In this document: positions 19,048 through 20,664 of the stretch, one piece after another
Position numbering within the stretch: position 1 is the first letter of the stretch
How the letters are laid out: every line of letters begins with the position of its first letter
Assembly: GCF_006345805.1 (NCBI RefSeq)
Contig: NW_021824143.1
Location: 1-20,664, forward strand
Source of the DNA: Octopus sinensis
Lineage: Eukaryota
DNA: 20,664 bases
Direction: 5' to 3'
The notes under the pieces: generated by a model
What the model was told of the DNA's origin: nothing
The model's input: only the letters and a program-made list of their open reading frames with translations
Databases searched by the model: none
Translations under genes and position numbers: made by a program

Positions 19048-19477
19048 TACTCTACTCTTTTACTTGTTTCAGTCATTTGACTGCGGCCATGCTGGAGCAC
19101 CGCCTTTAGTCGACCAAATCGACCACAGGACTTATTCTTTGTAAGCCTAGCACTTATTCTATCGGTCACTTTTGCCGAACCGCTCAGTGACGGGGACGTA
19201 AACACACCAGCATCGGTTGTCAAGCAATGCTCGGGGGACAAACACAGACACACAAACACACACACACACACATACACACACACACATATATATATATACA
19301 TACATATATACGACAGGCTTCTTTGAGTTTCGGTCTACCAAATCCACTCACAAAGCATTGGTCGGCCCGGGGCTATAGCAGAAGACACTTGCCCAAGATG
19401 CCACGCACGCAGTGGGACTGAACCCGGAACCATGTGGTTGGTAAGCAAGCTACTTACCACACAGCCACTCCTGCGCC
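19048..19477 (-). mobile_element. tRNA-derived SINE family A, full-length, reverse orientation
   Basis: Reverse complement of 10380-10790-type sequence along its length. Confidence 0.88.
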
Positions 19478-19737
19478 TATGTTCAGTTTTTATTCGACAT
19501 TACCACTCATTAAAGCTATAATTTATAATTATATTCTCCACATTGAATTATCATTGAATTAAGTTTTGAATGTTTCAATATCAAACTGAAAATAAGAGAA
19601 ATCAAAGCTAAATTCATCTCATGGAAGAGGAGGCAATCTTTGTCCTTCGGAGAAGCCACAATGGCAAAAAAAAAAATAACACTGAAGTTTCTGATATTTT
19701 GTATTTTCTTCTTTAACAGATTAATCTACGTCTGAAA

Positions 19738-19913
19738 ATGTTTCATCAATTTAAATCGACCTTTGTGTTGGTACTCTTTTTGAGATTATTTCTGGAATCT
19801 CGTGCTGCATCGAACATTTGCATTATATGCAGTTGTCAGGGAAATAGAATAAATTGTTCATCTCGCAACCTGACCTCGGTCCCACGACCCATTCCACCGA
19901 ATATTGAATATCT
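19738..19913 (+). CDS. First coding exon of a secreted/membrane leucine-rich-repeat protein (signal peptide + LRRNT); exon 19720-19913
   Basis: Acceptor ttttgtattttcttctttaacAG (19718-19719), ATG at 19738, MFHQFKSTFVLVLFLRLFLESRAASNICIICSCQGNRINCSSRNLTSVPRPIPPNIEYL, donor GTAAGT at 19914; C-x2-C-x-C-x6-C-x4-L-x2-VP-x2-IP LRRNT pattern; phase-2 intron at the start of the first LRR. Confidence 0.85.
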
Positions 19914-20499
19914 GTAAGTTTTGGACCATTTCTGTATATTTTCCACATTCAATGCTTTAATTTATTGTTGATTATATTCTTAACTAATACCTTGAGGTGT
20001 TGATTTCAGGTTTAAAACATGATGTTATGTTGTAGTAAATACGTTACCCACCGCGAAGTCAAGTAGACTTTTTCCATGTACATATTAACTTGTATGGAAT
20101 CTATATTTTACAGTATTGCACAGAAAGATAGGGTGAGACCAATATCTGAACTTTGATGATGTTAATTATCACATCAAAATTCTTTATGGCAATATTCCAG
20201 GAATGGAAAATATGAAAACTGTTGGTCTTAGCAAAACCAGCTGTATATATTTTTATTATGACGGAGGGTATAAAATGGAAGAACTATTCTGATAAATGTA
20301 ATTTTAAATGGTACTGCTCGAAATCGAAATATTGTTCTCTAGTTCTATAAAAAGAAAAGCAAGCATGGATCTATAATCCATTCTAATGAGAAGTAATCTT
20401 CATGGATGACGTGACTGATTTTGTACGATTTTACTGTGGGGTGGACAATTTATACTAGTGATGGAACGCGAATTGTCGGTCATTTGCTAATCAGATTTG

Positions 20500-20650
20500 G
20501 GCGATCAGAGCTGGGAAACATAAGGAGTTAGGCGATGAGAGTTGGGCTTTGTGAGAAATTGTCGATGCGAGTTGGGGAATGTGAAGAGATAGCGATGAGA
20601 TTTTGGTGATGTGAAAATTTAGCCATGTGATTTGAGGTAGCGAGGGACTA
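20500..20650. repeat. Degenerate 30-bp minisatellite (about 5 units)
   Basis: gcgatcagag/ggcgatgaga/gtcgatgcga/agcgatgaga/agccatgtga recur at 20501, 20531, 20561, 20591, 20621. Confidence 0.6.
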
Positions 20651-20664
20651 CATTTAGTGTGAAG

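Noticed and set aside
19990-20160. Second LRR exon at acceptors tttcag (~20009) or tttacag (~20113)
   Set aside because: Both give stops within a few codons in the required phase and lack the LxxLxLxxN pattern.

Overview
AT-rich, repeat-saturated eukaryotic (animal) DNA; the SINE families, microsatellite load and transposon mix strongly suggest a coleoid cephalopod (octopus-like) genome (recognition from memory, not a database result). There is no intact long ORF. From left to right: a near full-length but frameshifted Penelope-like retroelement (PLE; RT plus C-terminal GIY-YIG, Neptune-like, minus strand, ~391-5105) with direct and inverted pseudo-LTRs that carry a minimal hammerhead ribozyme with a U3-A8 covariant core; two ~165-bp (TA)n-flanked elements with a second minimal hammerhead; a degenerate DD34D mariner (5395-6666); a ~2.7-2.9-kb block present twice (6925-9872 and 12128-14802) that holds SINEs, a (TAA)n-embedded ~560-bp element and an R4/Dong-type LINE 3' end; an RTE LINE 3' end; two MITE/fold-back structures; a 184-bp SINE-derived tandem array with higher-order structure (16527-18050); and the only convincing host-gene piece, a signal peptide + LRRNT exon (19720-19913, +) that the ORF track missed. 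Almost all ORFs in the supplied track are spurious read-throughs of repeats.
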